This document shows positions 55,404 through 64,000 of a stretch of 64,000 bases of DNA, piece by piece (the first letter of the stretch is position 1; every line of letters starts with the position of its first letter). A program made the translations under genes and the position numbers. The notes under the pieces are model-generated. The model did no database searches, was not told where the DNA came from, and saw only the letters and a program-made list of their open reading frames with translations. The stretch spans positions 56,391 through 120,390 of the forward strand of contig JAHCJP010000008.1 in NCBI GenBank assembly GCA_026126205.1, written 5' to 3'. The stretch is from Maricaulaceae bacterium. Lineage in GTDB: Bacteria > Pseudomonadota > Alphaproteobacteria > Caulobacterales > Maricaulaceae.

Positions 55404-57428
55404 TCAGGGCACGCAGTCGCGGACAGCCGTGACAAGATCCAGAGACGACCCCTCGCGGATCAGCACAGCCACGAACGCATCGCTCAGGCGATCCGCCTCG
55501 CTCGGCTCGTCCTCGGGATGGATCATGTCGCGCAGGAACAACACCGCGCATTCGGCGGCGGCGTCCGCCCCCTCCCCGGTGATGCGGCCGGGGATCAGCC
55601 CGCCGATCACGTCGAAGGCCTCATCGTGCTGCGAGTTCGGCCCCGCATCCAGATTTCTGACATTGCCTAACCCAAAGCTCATGATGGCTGCGTTTCGAAA
55701 GGCCCGCCAGAACTCGTCGCTTTCGTCCTCTCCGGGTTCGGGTTGTTCGCGGCGTATGGCGTTGAGCGTCTGCATAGCCATGTCGAAATCGCTCCGGAAT
55801 TCGCTCGGGTCGAACGTGCCGTTCAGAATGGCGCGATCCTGTTCCGTGGGCGCGTCGGGATCGGGTATTAATCCTGCAAGACCATGATCATAGGGAAAAT
55901 TCGGCGTCACATCGGCGGGGTTGCGTATGTCGTGATCGCCGTGGACCGTCTCCACCGGATTCGTCTCTTCCGTTCCTGGCCCCCGAGGCATCGGCGCGCA
56001 CCGCGTACGGCCCGGGCTGCCGAACGGGGAATTGAACAGGCTGTGCTCGCCCTCGATCGTAAGGAATATCCCGCCATTGTCCGGATTGACCGTCAGCACG
56101 GCCGGCTGGCTCAGATCCTGCGGAACCGTCGTCGCCCCGCCGCCGCCGAAAGCCGTGAGTTCGCCACTGTAGACGACTGTAAACTCCGCGCCTTCCAGGC
56201 TTCCCTCGAACCCGAACGGGTAGAGCCGGTTGACGCCGGCGCTCCCGGCGCCCGCGCCACCGAGATAGCCGACGGTCTGAACGCGCGAGGTGCCATCCGG
56301 GCCCGGAATGAAGTGGCCGTCGCCGGCGCTGACGAGCATGGCGCCGTGCCCGTCAATCAAGAAATTCTCGCGCTCATTCCCTGACGAGCCGTCGCGGTTC
56401 TCGACCTCATGGTCGCCGCGCGCGCGGCACTGATAGGACAGCCAGTCTCCCTCCTGCAGGCCGTCGGATATCGAGATGCCCTGCCGGAGAACCGCATCAA
56501 GGGCCGTGTTCGTGCCGCTCAAATCCTGCCAGACGGTGTCGCCGTCATTCACGGGACGGGCGAAGCCGCCGGCCTCGCCATCGGGCTCAACCGGACGCTG
56601 GACATCCAGCGCCAGCCGCAACTGACCCGGATAGAAGGGAATGCCGAACGCCGCCGGCACGCGCAGGCGCACGGCGAAGAAGCGGATCTCGCCCGTGGCC
56701 CAGTTCTCGACGACGGCCCGGTCCGCCTCGGGCGCCAGGCAGACGCCGTCCGCCCCCGTCTCGCACACGGTCGGCCCCAGCGCGTTCAGCGCCGTGAAGC
56801 CGGTCACGCGCGGCGCCACATGCAGTTCCGCCGCCGGCGCGCCGATATTCACCGCCGCCGCCACCAGCAGCGCCGCACGCGGCCCGGTCGGGCCCACGCG
56901 CGCCACACCATCGCCCGAAAGGGTGTCGCCGATCATGATGATGTCCGGCTGCGGGTCGGCCGAGAAGTTCACCAGAAAGTCGTTCACGCCGGGCAGAAAG
57001 ATCGGCCGCTGCGACGGCGCGCCGGCGTCGCTCGCGAGATTGCAACGGATGTGCGTCCGCGCCCGGCCGGACGTGGCGCCAAAATCCTGAGCCGAAATCA
57101 GCAGCCGCTGCGTGGCGCCCGCCGCCAGCGGCCAGCGCGGCCCGTCATAGGCAATCAGATCGCCGTCTTCATCGACCGGTTCGACGCGAATCCCGACGAT
57201 CTCGTCGCCGACCAGTATAGTGCCGATCGCTTCGCGGCAGAGGAGATCGTCCTCGCCCGTGTTGATGATCGTGCCGAAGAAGCTCAGCCTATCGCCGACC
57301 TCGCCGGATCGCGCCGTCGGCAGCACCGCCAGCCGAAGCGGACTGACCTGGGCGGCGGCCATCGACCCGGCCATGAACAGACACATGACGGCTCCCGCCG
57401 CCGCAATTCCCTTGCGAAGCGCGCGCAT
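55404..57428 (-). CDS. Large exported protein, function unknown
   Basis: The signal peptide is MRALRKGIAAAGAVMCLFMAGSMAAAQ. Codon bias is host-like. I recognise no motif. Confidence 0.65.
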   Translation of the reverse strand: MRALRKGIAAAGAVMCLFMAGSMAAAQVSPLRLAVLPTARSGEVGDRLSFFGTIINTGEDDLLCREAIGTILVGDEIVGIRVEPVDEDGDLIAYDGPRWPLAAGATQRLLISAQDFGATSGRARTHIRCNLASDAGAPSQRPIFLPGVNDFLVNFSADPQPDIIMIGDTLSGDGVARVGPTGPRAALLVAAAVNIGAPAAELHVAPRVTGFTALNALGPTVCETGADGVCLAPEADRAVVENWATGEIRFFAVRLRVPAAFGIPFYPGQLRLALDVQRPVEPDGEAGGFARPVNDGDTVWQDLSGTNTALDAVLRQGISISDGLQEGDWLSYQCRARGDHEVENRDGSSGNERENFLIDGHGAMLVSAGDGHFIPGPDGTSRVQTVGYLGGAGAGSAGVNRLYPFGFEGSLEGAEFTVVYSGELTAFGGGGATTVPQDLSQPAVLTVNPDNGGIFLTIEGEHSLFNSPFGSPGRTRCAPMPRGPGTEETNPVETVHGDHDIRNPADVTPNFPYDHGLAGLIPDPDAPTEQDRAILNGTFDPSEFRSDFDMAMQTLNAIRREQPEPGEDESDEFWRAFRNAAIMSFGLGNVRNLDAGPNSQHDEAFDVIGGLIPGRITGEGADAAAECAVLFLRDMIHPEDEPSEADRLSDAFVAVLIREGSSLDLVTAVRDCVP

Positions 57429-57588
57429 GTCGCCCCCGTGGTTCAAGTCCCTCGAGTGGAGATTGCAGATCAATCACTGGTATGTCGAGCGATAATGCGC
57501 CCTGTTCAGAAAAAAGCCCATCTGATATTTATCAATTCACACCTTAACCTATGGATTGATCAAGGGTTTTCATAAGATAGAGCTTGCT

Positions 57589-57927
57589 CTACCCCGCCTC
57601 CACCGGTTCGGTCAGGAAATGCCGGCCTGCCCGGTCCTCGATCTCCACCACCCAGATGTCGGGATCGCTATCCGCCCGCTTCGCGGCGTAGGCGGCGATC
57701 TCGGCCTCGGGAACCGGCGCCGCGCCCAGCGGCTGCGTCCACACCCGCCGCCCCTCGAAATCCCGCGCCGGTGCGTAAAGCAGCGCCGTGCGCTCCGGCA
57801 AGACGACCACCACGAGCGCCGCCCCGGCGTCATCATCGCCCCGCCGCGCCACATAGGCCGACGCCCCGCCGGCTTCGGCCCGGCGGATCAGCGCCTGCAC
57901 CCAGAACCGGGCCTTCAACTCCCCCAT
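57589..57927 (-). CDS. DUF1491 family protein
   Basis: FWVQALIRRAEAGGASAYVARRGDDDAG...IWVVEIEDRAG is the small conserved alphaproteobacterial protein pattern, recognised from memory. Confidence 0.65.
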   Translation of the reverse strand: MGELKARFWVQALIRRAEAGGASAYVARRGDDDAGAALVVVVLPERTALLYAPARDFEGRRVWTQPLGAAPVPEAEIAAYAAKRADSDPDIWVVEIEDRAGRHFLTEPVEAG

Positions 57928-57993
57928 GATTCGTTTCGCTCTTGCTGGCCGCCCAATTGCTTAATAGAGTGTTAAGCGGGGTTGGAGCGTATC

Positions 57994-59586
57994 ATGACGA
58001 TACGGCGTGGGGTAACGGCTTTAGCCGGCATCTGTCTGTTTTTCTTCACGTTCGCTGCGGCGTCTGCGGCGTCAGCACCGCGCGTGCAGGAGCAGGCGCT
58101 GGCCATGCTCGACGCCGGCGCCGATACGCTGGTCCTGGCGCGCGGCCGCGAAACGGCCGACATCCGCTTCACGCTTCCCGCCAATATCACCGCCCGTGAA
58201 GTCCGCCTGGTGCTGGCCGCGCGACCGGTCGAACACGGCGCTGGCGCGCTGGAGCTGCGCGTCAACGGCGCCCTGGCCGGCGCCGCCAGCGATGCGCCGC
58301 GAGGGGGTCTTGTCATAGACGCCGGCCTGCTGCGCCCCGGCGAGAATATCCTGACCTTGTCCCTGGCGTCCGCGGACGGCGCCTGGATAGTCGATGGTCG
58401 GCGCTCGCGCCTGCGGCTCGGGTTCGAGTCCGCTCGGCCGCTGGCCAGCCTGGATGAATTCGAGACCGCCCTGGCCGCGGATTTCGGCGGGCCGCGCCGC
58501 ATCAGCATCGACGCCGGCGGTCATCCGGACCGGCTGGCGCTGGAGGCGCTGGCCGCCCAGGGAACCGCGCTGCGCGCCGGGCGCACGCCGCTGTTCGGAA
58601 CCACCGGCGCCGATCTGCGCATCCGCTTCGACAGCAACGCCGGCGCCGCCCAGCGCGGCCCCAGCGTGCGTCTTGTGCAGCCGGAAACCCCGGATGGAAT
58701 CGTGGAAATCCTGATCACCGGGCGCGACGCCGGAGAGACCATGGCCGCCGCCCGTCTGTTCGCCGCCCGCGCATTCACCGGCGCCGGCGACAGTTTCGAC
58801 ATCGCCCAGGCCTTGCGCGCCCCGTCACTCGGCCGCGAGGCGGATGATAGCGCCGCGGTCTCCGGCCTGCGGGGTTTCGCCGCCAGCGCCGCGCCATTCG
58901 GCCGCAACCGCGGCGCCGCGGCGGCGGTGGCGATGGCCGCTGATGACCGTATCGAACGCGACGCCGGCCTGTCGGTGCTCGCCCGCGCCGCACTGGCGAC
59001 CGGCGAGGCCTGGATTTACGCTTGGTATGGCGAACACGCCAGCAACGCCCCGCCGCAGCTTCACCTGCTTGCGCTTGGCCCGCAGGCGGCGGGCGAGCGC
59101 GCCGTGATGAGCCGCGCCCCTGCCGAGATGCGCGCCGCGCTGCGCGCCGCAGATCCGGCGCAAGGCCGCCGCAGCTGGCTGCGCTTCGGCTCCGCCGCCT
59201 ACGCCGACGAGGGCGAGCCCTTGGCGCAGCTCGCCGCGGCAGCGCCGCCCACGGGTGTGGCCGCGATGTTCCGGGATCCCGCCGAAACAGACCGCTGGAT
59301 AGCGGCGTTTACCGCCGCCGATGGCGACCAGTTCGCCCATGCCGCCCGGTCGCTGGCGCGCTCGGACCTGTGGCGGGCGCTTGAAGGACGCGCGGCCGTG
59401 TGGAGCGCGCGCGGCGTAACCAGCTATGATTATTCCCTTTCCGGCGATGGCGCCGGCTGGGCGCACCAGCTGTCCGGTCTGACGCCGGGGCCGCGCAATA
59501 TTGCACTGCTGCTGTTCATCCTGGCCTTCGCCTTCACGCTGCGCGCCGTGCTGCGTCGCCGCGTTCACCGCTCGTCAAGCCTATAG
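57994..59586 (+). CDS. Exported protein with a C-terminal TM anchor; BcsB-like architecture (tentative)
   Basis: The signal peptide is MTIRRGVTALAGICLFFFTFAAASAASA. IRFTLPANITAREVRLVLAARP...LELRVNG resembles the BcsB jelly-roll opening. The C-terminal TM is IALLLFILAFAFTLRAVLRRR. GGAG lies 6 nt upstream of ATG 57994. Confidence 0.55.
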   Translation: MTIRRGVTALAGICLFFFTFAAASAASAPRVQEQALAMLDAGADTLVLARGRETADIRFTLPANITAREVRLVLAARPVEHGAGALELRVNGALAGAASDAPRGGLVIDAGLLRPGENILTLSLASADGAWIVDGRRSRLRLGFESARPLASLDEFETALAADFGGPRRISIDAGGHPDRLALEALAAQGTALRAGRTPLFGTTGADLRIRFDSNAGAAQRGPSVRLVQPETPDGIVEILITGRDAGETMAAARLFAARAFTGAGDSFDIAQALRAPSLGREADDSAAVSGLRGFAASAAPFGRNRGAAAAVAMAADDRIERDAGLSVLARAALATGEAWIYAWYGEHASNAPPQLHLLALGPQAAGERAVMSRAPAEMRAALRAADPAQGRRSWLRFGSAAYADEGEPLAQLAAAAPPTGVAAMFRDPAETDRWIAAFTAADGDQFAHAARSLARSDLWRALEGRAAVWSARGVTSYDYSLSGDGAGWAHQLSGLTPGPRNIALLLFILAFAFTLRAVLRRRVHRSSSL

Positions 59587-59656
59587 CGCTATCGTTCTTC
59601 CCCTCACGGGACAGCGGGGCTATGCGCCCCCGCGAACAGAACGGGACGGGGAATTC

Positions 59657-60541
59657 ATGCGAATTCTGTCAGGGGCGCTGGCCGCGGCGCTGGCCGCCGG
59701 CGCAGCCGGCGCGCAGGACGCCCGCGAGGCTTTCGCTGATCGCGCCGCCGCCATCGCGCTGGATGACCGCTGCGGCTTCTTCAGCACCCCTGAGCGCGCC
59801 GCGCTGGAAGCAGCGTGGCTGCAATCGCGCGGCGTGCTGCTGCGCGAGGGCCGCACCCGCGCCGAACTCGAGGAGGCCGGCGCCCATATCGTCCGCCGCA
59901 TGGCCGCCACGCCCTGTGATGATCCGCAGGCGCTGGGCCGCGCCGCCGTGGTGCGCGGCGCCTATGAAGGCTACCGCCGCCTGTCCAGCATGGAGTTCCC
60001 TGGCGACGCGCGCAGCTGGCGCGCGGAACGCAACCTCACCGCCGACACCTGGCCGCTGGCGCAGGCGATTGACGACGGCGGCGCGGTGTTCGGCCTCGCC
60101 GCAGCCGCCGCCGGGGTGGAGCTGAGCCTGCTTTGTACGCCGCCCACCGGCGCTACTCCGGCCTCGGCCGTGATTGTCGCGCGCGCCGCGCAGCGCTCAC
60201 CCGGGCTGCATGATCCCTCTCTGGGCGGCCTGCTGGCCGATCCCGAGCGGCCCGGCTGGGTCCGCTGGGCGCCCCCGGAACACGCCGAGGCCCTGTTCTG
60301 GGCCAACCGGCGGCAGTTGAACGGACGCTCTGCGCGCTTCGCCTTCCCGGACGCGGCGCGCGACGCCATTGCGGCGCTGGACCCGCGCGAGGCGATCCGC
60401 ATCGACATCTTCGACGGCGCCGGCCGCCGTATCGCCCGGCACTATGTCGAGGTGGGGGATTTCGCCGCGGGGCTCGCTTTTCTCGCCGCCGGCGCCTCGC
60501 CGGCCCGCGAGGCTCCGTCGCTAGGCGGCGCCGGCCGCTGA
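59657..60541 (+). CDS. Hypothetical secreted protein
   Basis: The signal peptide is MRILSGALAAALAAGAAGAQD. Codon bias is host-like. Confidence 0.6.
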   Translation: MRILSGALAAALAAGAAGAQDAREAFADRAAAIALDDRCGFFSTPERAALEAAWLQSRGVLLREGRTRAELEEAGAHIVRRMAATPCDDPQALGRAAVVRGAYEGYRRLSSMEFPGDARSWRAERNLTADTWPLAQAIDDGGAVFGLAAAAAGVELSLLCTPPTGATPASAVIVARAAQRSPGLHDPSLGGLLADPERPGWVRWAPPEHAEALFWANRRQLNGRSARFAFPDAARDAIAALDPREAIRIDIFDGAGRRIARHYVEVGDFAAGLAFLAAGASPAREAPSLGGAGR

Positions 60542-62257
60542 GGCCGGAGCGGATAGCAGTTCACGCCCGGCTTCCTGCGCCTTGCGGATGCGCTCATGCA
60601 CCTCCAGCGGCGTCACGCCGTCATCATCGCCGGCGCCGGTCTGCGGCCGATCCATCACGGGCAAGCGAACGGTCACCGTGGTGCCCTCGCCCGGCCGGCT
60701 CTCGATCGTCATCTCGCCGCCATGCAGCATCGCCAGCGAACGCACCAGCGATAGCCCCAGACCCGAGCCGCGCTGATCAACGTCGCGCGCGCTGGCGGCC
60801 TGACGGAACGGCTGGCCAAGGGCTTTCAGATCCTCTTCGGCGATGCCGACGCCACTGTCGCCTACGGCAAGCACCAGATCGCCGCCGTCGGCGCGCGCCA
60901 TCAACACCACGGCGCCGCCGCGCGGGGTGAACTTCACGGCGTTGGACAGCAGGTTCAGCAGGATCTGGCGCAGCGCCTTGCGATCGGCCGTCACCGTCAG
61001 CGGCCCGGCGGCGTCCGACTGCAGGGTCAGGCCGGCGTCCTCCGCCCGCTGCCGCATCAGCTTCGTGCACAGCGCCGCCACCTCGGCCGCGTCGAAGGTT
61101 TCGCTATGCAGTTCGTAACGATCGGCCTCGATCCGGGACATGTCCAGAACGTCGCCGATCAGGTCCAGCAGGTGACGGCCGCTTTCATGGATCAGATCGG
61201 CGTATTCGGCGTAGCGCGCCGGCATCGGGCCGAACAGCCGCGCCTTCATCACGTCTGAAAACCCGATGATCGCGTTCAGCGGCGTGCGGATCTCATGGCT
61301 GACGGCGGCGAGAAACTCGGTCTTGGCCTGCGCCTCGGCCCGGGCGGCGTCACGCTCGCGCGCCAGCGCCTCGGTCTGCTGCGCCGCTTCGGCTTCCGCA
61401 GCGTTGACCGGCCGCAGCAGCGTCACGGCGCCGAACGGCGCCGCGGCCGCCGTGATCATCACCTCGGCTTTGCGTCCGCCCGGTCCGCGGACTGCGGCTT
61501 GTGACGGCGCACCGCCGGGCGCCGGCGGTTTCAGGGCCGCCCGCGCCGCTTCGTCATAGCCCAATTCGGCCAGCGGCAAGCCGTCCAGCTGACGTGGCAA
61601 ACCGGGCGACAGGGTTCGTAAACCGGCGGACCCGGCGAGAATCCGTCCATCCGGGCCGACGGCGGCCAGCGCCGCCGGCGCAGCGTCGAAAGCCTGGCGG
61701 CGCAGGCGGCTGGCGCCGGCTTCGGCGCGGCTGGCGTCATAGGCGCGCAACAGCCGCAAGCCGCCGAAACCGAAACCCAGCGCCGCGGTCAGCGCCGCCG
61801 CCGGGGCCAGAAGCCCCCATGCGGGCTGCGCCGGGGTCAGCATGCCGAAGGCCTGTAACGCTGCTGCTGCAGGCGCCGCCAACAGCGACAGCACCGCCGC
61901 CTCGATCACATGGCGGCGGGTTCCGCCGGCGGCGGCCACAGCCGGCGCCAGCAGGAAAGCGAAGACGGCGGGGCCGGAAAGCCCGCCCAGCACCGCAGCG
62001 GCGGCGAAAGCCGCCCCGGTCCAGGCCAGCAGCAGGCAGAAGCGAATGAAGTCGTTGCCAAGCTGGCGCGCGAACAGCAGGCCGATCAACCCCGGCGCGG
62101 CGGCGACAGCCAACCCGGCGTACACCGCCGCGGCCTGCGGCGCGGCGGCCAGCAGCGCGGGCGCCGTCAGCGCCAGCCCGGCCAGCCACACGCCATGCGC
62201 GATCCGCGTCAGCAGCGGGGCAGGCATCGTTGGTGAGTAGTCCAGAAAGTGGCGCAT
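60521..62257 (-). CDS. Membrane sensor histidine kinase, PleC/DivJ/PdhS-like catalytic core
   Basis: The H-box is FLAAVSHEIRTPLNAIIGFSD. ARYAEYADLIHESGRHLLDLIGDVLDMSRIEADRYEL is typical of the PleC/DivJ family. The N and G boxes are LLNLLSNAVKFTP and DSGVGI...GSGLGLSLV. The start is uncertain, with candidates at 62335, 62257 and 62227. Confidence 0.88.
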   Translation of the reverse strand: MRHFLDYSPTMPAPLLTRIAHGVWLAGLALTAPALLAAAPQAAAVYAGLAVAAAPGLIGLLFARQLGNDFIRFCLLLAWTGAAFAAAAVLGGLSGPAVFAFLLAPAVAAAGGTRRHVIEAAVLSLLAAPAAAALQAFGMLTPAQPAWGLLAPAAALTAALGFGFGGLRLLRAYDASRAEAGASRLRRQAFDAAPAALAAVGPDGRILAGSAGLRTLSPGLPRQLDGLPLAELGYDEAARAALKPPAPGGAPSQAAVRGPGGRKAEVMITAAAAPFGAVTLLRPVNAAEAEAAQQTEALARERDAARAEAQAKTEFLAAVSHEIRTPLNAIIGFSDVMKARLFGPMPARYAEYADLIHESGRHLLDLIGDVLDMSRIEADRYELHSETFDAAEVAALCTKLMRQRAEDAGLTLQSDAAGPLTVTADRKALRQILLNLLSNAVKFTPRGGAVVLMARADGGDLVLAVGDSGVGIAEEDLKALGQPFRQAASARDVDQRGSGLGLSLVRSLAMLHGGEMTIESRPGEGTTVTVRLPVMDRPQTGAGDDDGVTPLEVHERIRKAQEAGRELLSAPASAAGAA

Positions 62258-62467
62258 CGCCCCGCTTTGCGACTCGGTTGAACGCCGGCCAGCCGACTCT
62301 TTGACCCGTGTGTTAACAAGATGTGAATCCATCACGGGGAAAGGTTAACGTCCGATTCTGTTAAGATTTTCTCTGCAAGACATCGCTTATCAGACGAAGC
62401 CGGTTGGCGGGCGGGACCGGGTTCTGCATTATGCCGCCTGCCAGCCGCCTCGCGCAGGAGAGTTTTC

Positions 62468-63604
62468 GTGATCACCCTCGCCGCCGGATTCGCCGCCCTC
62501 GCCCTCGCCATGGCCGACGATCCGGAGACGCCCGACGCCGCGCCCGCTGCGGAGACGCCCGCTACGGAGACAGAGGCTGCGCCCGCACCGGTGCTGCGCC
62601 TCGACGTGGTCGAAACCGCCGCAGAGGCCGCGCCCGAAACCGACATCGTGCTTATGAACGCCGGCCAGTACGCCGCCTATCACCGCACGCTGAGCGGGCT
62701 GCGCGACGCCGAGATCCGCTCCGCCGCCGACCTCGACAACGCCATGGACAACCTGTCCGCCTTCTTCGGCGAGGAGCGCCTGGCCCAGGCCTGGCTGTCC
62801 TATGCGGCGCTGATCGCCGAACAACATCCCGAGTTCGTCGACGAAGTGCGCGTCCTGGCTGACTATTACGGCCGCGACGCCGCCATCTCCGGCTTCCTGC
62901 GCGACCCGGCCTACGCCTCGGCCTTCGCCGGGGCGCAGGACGCTCAGACATCGGTCTCGGCCGCGCTGGCGGCGGACGCGGACGAGATCCGCGCACTGGG
63001 CGAACGCTACCGGCTCGCCGCCTATTCGCTGCAGTCGCAGCGCTGGGCCGGCGTTCGCGCCCGCGACCGCCAGGACCGGCTGACCGCCATCACGCTGGCC
63101 GGCGAGGCGCCGATCCCGGTCAGCGACGAGATCACCGGCTTGCGCCCGGTGACGATGGAGCCGCTGGGCCCGGCCTCGCTGCGCTACGCCCGCAACGGTG
63201 AAACCACGGGCGAGGACGGGTTCCGCTTCGCCGGCGCCACCCCGGTGCAAACCCCGCCTGCCCTGGGCCTGACCGTGACGGTGGGCGAAACGGCGGAGCT
63301 GGATCGCGCCCGCATCGGCCGCATCCTGTCCATCGCCGCACTGCGTGCGCTGGAGAACGGCGAGGGCGGCGCCGGCGCCGGACTGGAATACCTGCTGAGC
63401 GACCCGGACGCCCGCCGCTGCCTGACCTGGGCGCGCATCAATCTTCAGCAATGCGTCGCCGCCGGGCACTTCAAGTACGAGGACAGTTTCTGCATCGCCC
63501 AGCACCTGCTGATCGACGTCAGCAACTGCATCGAGGCCGCCCACGCCCGCGGGGCCGGGCGCACAGCGCGCGCCGCCGCCGCGCCGGAAGAAGCCGCGAA
63601 CTGA
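62468..63604 (+). CDS. Hypothetical secreted protein with a Pro/Ala/Glu/Thr-rich linker
   Basis: A GTG start is followed by the signal-like MITLAAGFAALALAMA. Codon bias is host-like. I recognise no motif. Confidence 0.6.
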   Translation: MITLAAGFAALALAMADDPETPDAAPAAETPATETEAAPAPVLRLDVVETAAEAAPETDIVLMNAGQYAAYHRTLSGLRDAEIRSAADLDNAMDNLSAFFGEERLAQAWLSYAALIAEQHPEFVDEVRVLADYYGRDAAISGFLRDPAYASAFAGAQDAQTSVSAALAADADEIRALGERYRLAAYSLQSQRWAGVRARDRQDRLTAITLAGEAPIPVSDEITGLRPVTMEPLGPASLRYARNGETTGEDGFRFAGATPVQTPPALGLTVTVGETAELDRARIGRILSIAALRALENGEGGAGAGLEYLLSDPDARRCLTWARINLQQCVAAGHFKYEDSFCIAQHLLIDVSNCIEAAHARGAGRTARAAAAPEEAAN

Positions 63605-63779
63605 AATCCGTCCCGGAATGAAGCAGATTTGGCCTTTCCGCGGCGTTTGCGGCGGATTTTAGCGTCTGCATTTACGCTCCATTACCCCTTATCCCGGCTT
63701 TCGCTGGCGATTCCCGTTATCCTTACCTAGGGTCCGTCCTGCCCGATGCGGCGCGTGGGACGACACGGGGACCGACGCA

Positions 63780-64000
63780 ATGATGTTCTTGCTGCGATCG
63801 ATTTTCTGGCTGGCGGTGGTCGGCGCTTTCGTGCCGCGCGACTTCGCCGGCGTGACCGAACATGTTCCCCTGCCGGACTTCGCCGCGGCGCCGCCCAGCT
63901 TTTCCAGCGTCGACGATTTCTGCGGACAATGGCCGCTGGTGTGCCTGGCGGGCGCCGAGGCCGGCCGGCTGAGCATGGCCGCCGCCGAGACCGCCGCCGC
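63780..64000 (+). CDS. Hypothetical membrane/secreted protein, 3' end beyond the window
   Basis: The frame is open from ATG 63780 to the window edge (MMFLLRSIFWLAVVGAFVPRDFAG...). It is absent from the track because there is no stop codon. Confidence 0.35.
   Translation, partial: MMFLLRSIFWLAVVGAFVPRDFAGVTEHVPLPDFAAAPPSFSSVDDFCGQWPLVCLAGAEAGRLSMAAAETAA

Noticed and set aside
57541-57565. Possible CtrA box (TTAA-N7-TTAA) in the AT-rich region
   Set aside because: The sequence is TTAACCTATGGATTGA, so the second half-site is ATTG rather than TTAA. It does not match the consensus.
56409-57575. 388-aa plus-strand ORF
   Set aside because: It is antisense to the 674-aa exported-protein gene and is extremely Arg-rich. 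The minus-strand frame has a proper signal peptide and balanced composition.
62429-63544. 371-aa minus-strand ORF
   Set aside because: It is antisense to the plus-strand secreted protein (62468-63604), which has a signal peptide. The minus frame is Gly/Arg/Ala-rich with no features. The choice between the two strands is less certain here than elsewhere.

Overview
The window splits at about 10.79 kb. Positions 1-10790 are the right-hand part of an integrated mobile element. It has visibly lower G+C and AT-rich intergenic tracts. It abuts a 45-nt 3' half of a tRNA gene (anticodon loop to CCA) that looks like an att site. Its genes are: a 5'-truncated family-B DNA polymerase with an RTRG signature instead of KxY (piPolB/pipolin-like); a small HUH Rep-like protein with iteron-like repeats; an RHH regulator; a tightly coupled three-gene restriction-modification-like module (a half methyltransferase lacking the catalytic NPPY, a full gamma-class N6-adenine methyltransferase, and a T5orf172/GIY-YIG-like + SF2 helicase fusion); a serine recombinase; a small unknown protein; and a tyrosine integrase. 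I rate the three-gene module on this pipolin-like element as the best candidate for an undescribed (defence) system. Positions 10.8-64 kb are very GC-rich alphaproteobacterial core chromosome, Caulobacterales/Maricaulales-like. Recognisable genes there are ppa, ilvE, hppD-marR with divergent FAH-maiA, an Mla/MCE ABC transporter, a GT4-methyltransferase-prenyltransferase-like-methyltransferase cluster, pip, an SNF transporter, mreBCD-mrdA-rodA, miaA, degP, hflKC, folA, thyA, prfC, mscS and a PleC/DivJ-type histidine kinase. There is also a circularly permuted (two-piece) tmRNA gene with tag ANDNFAEEVALAA, which the ORF track misreports as an 84-aa ORF. Other points of interest are REP-like palindromic repeat pairs, a Tat-signal protein made of five Asp/Gly-rich repeats, and a translationally coupled prfC-mscS-microORF chain. 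No rRNA, CRISPR array or intact tRNA was found. All homology calls come from motif recognition by eye, with no database search. Many long ORFs in the GC-rich part are antisense shadow ORFs and were rejected.
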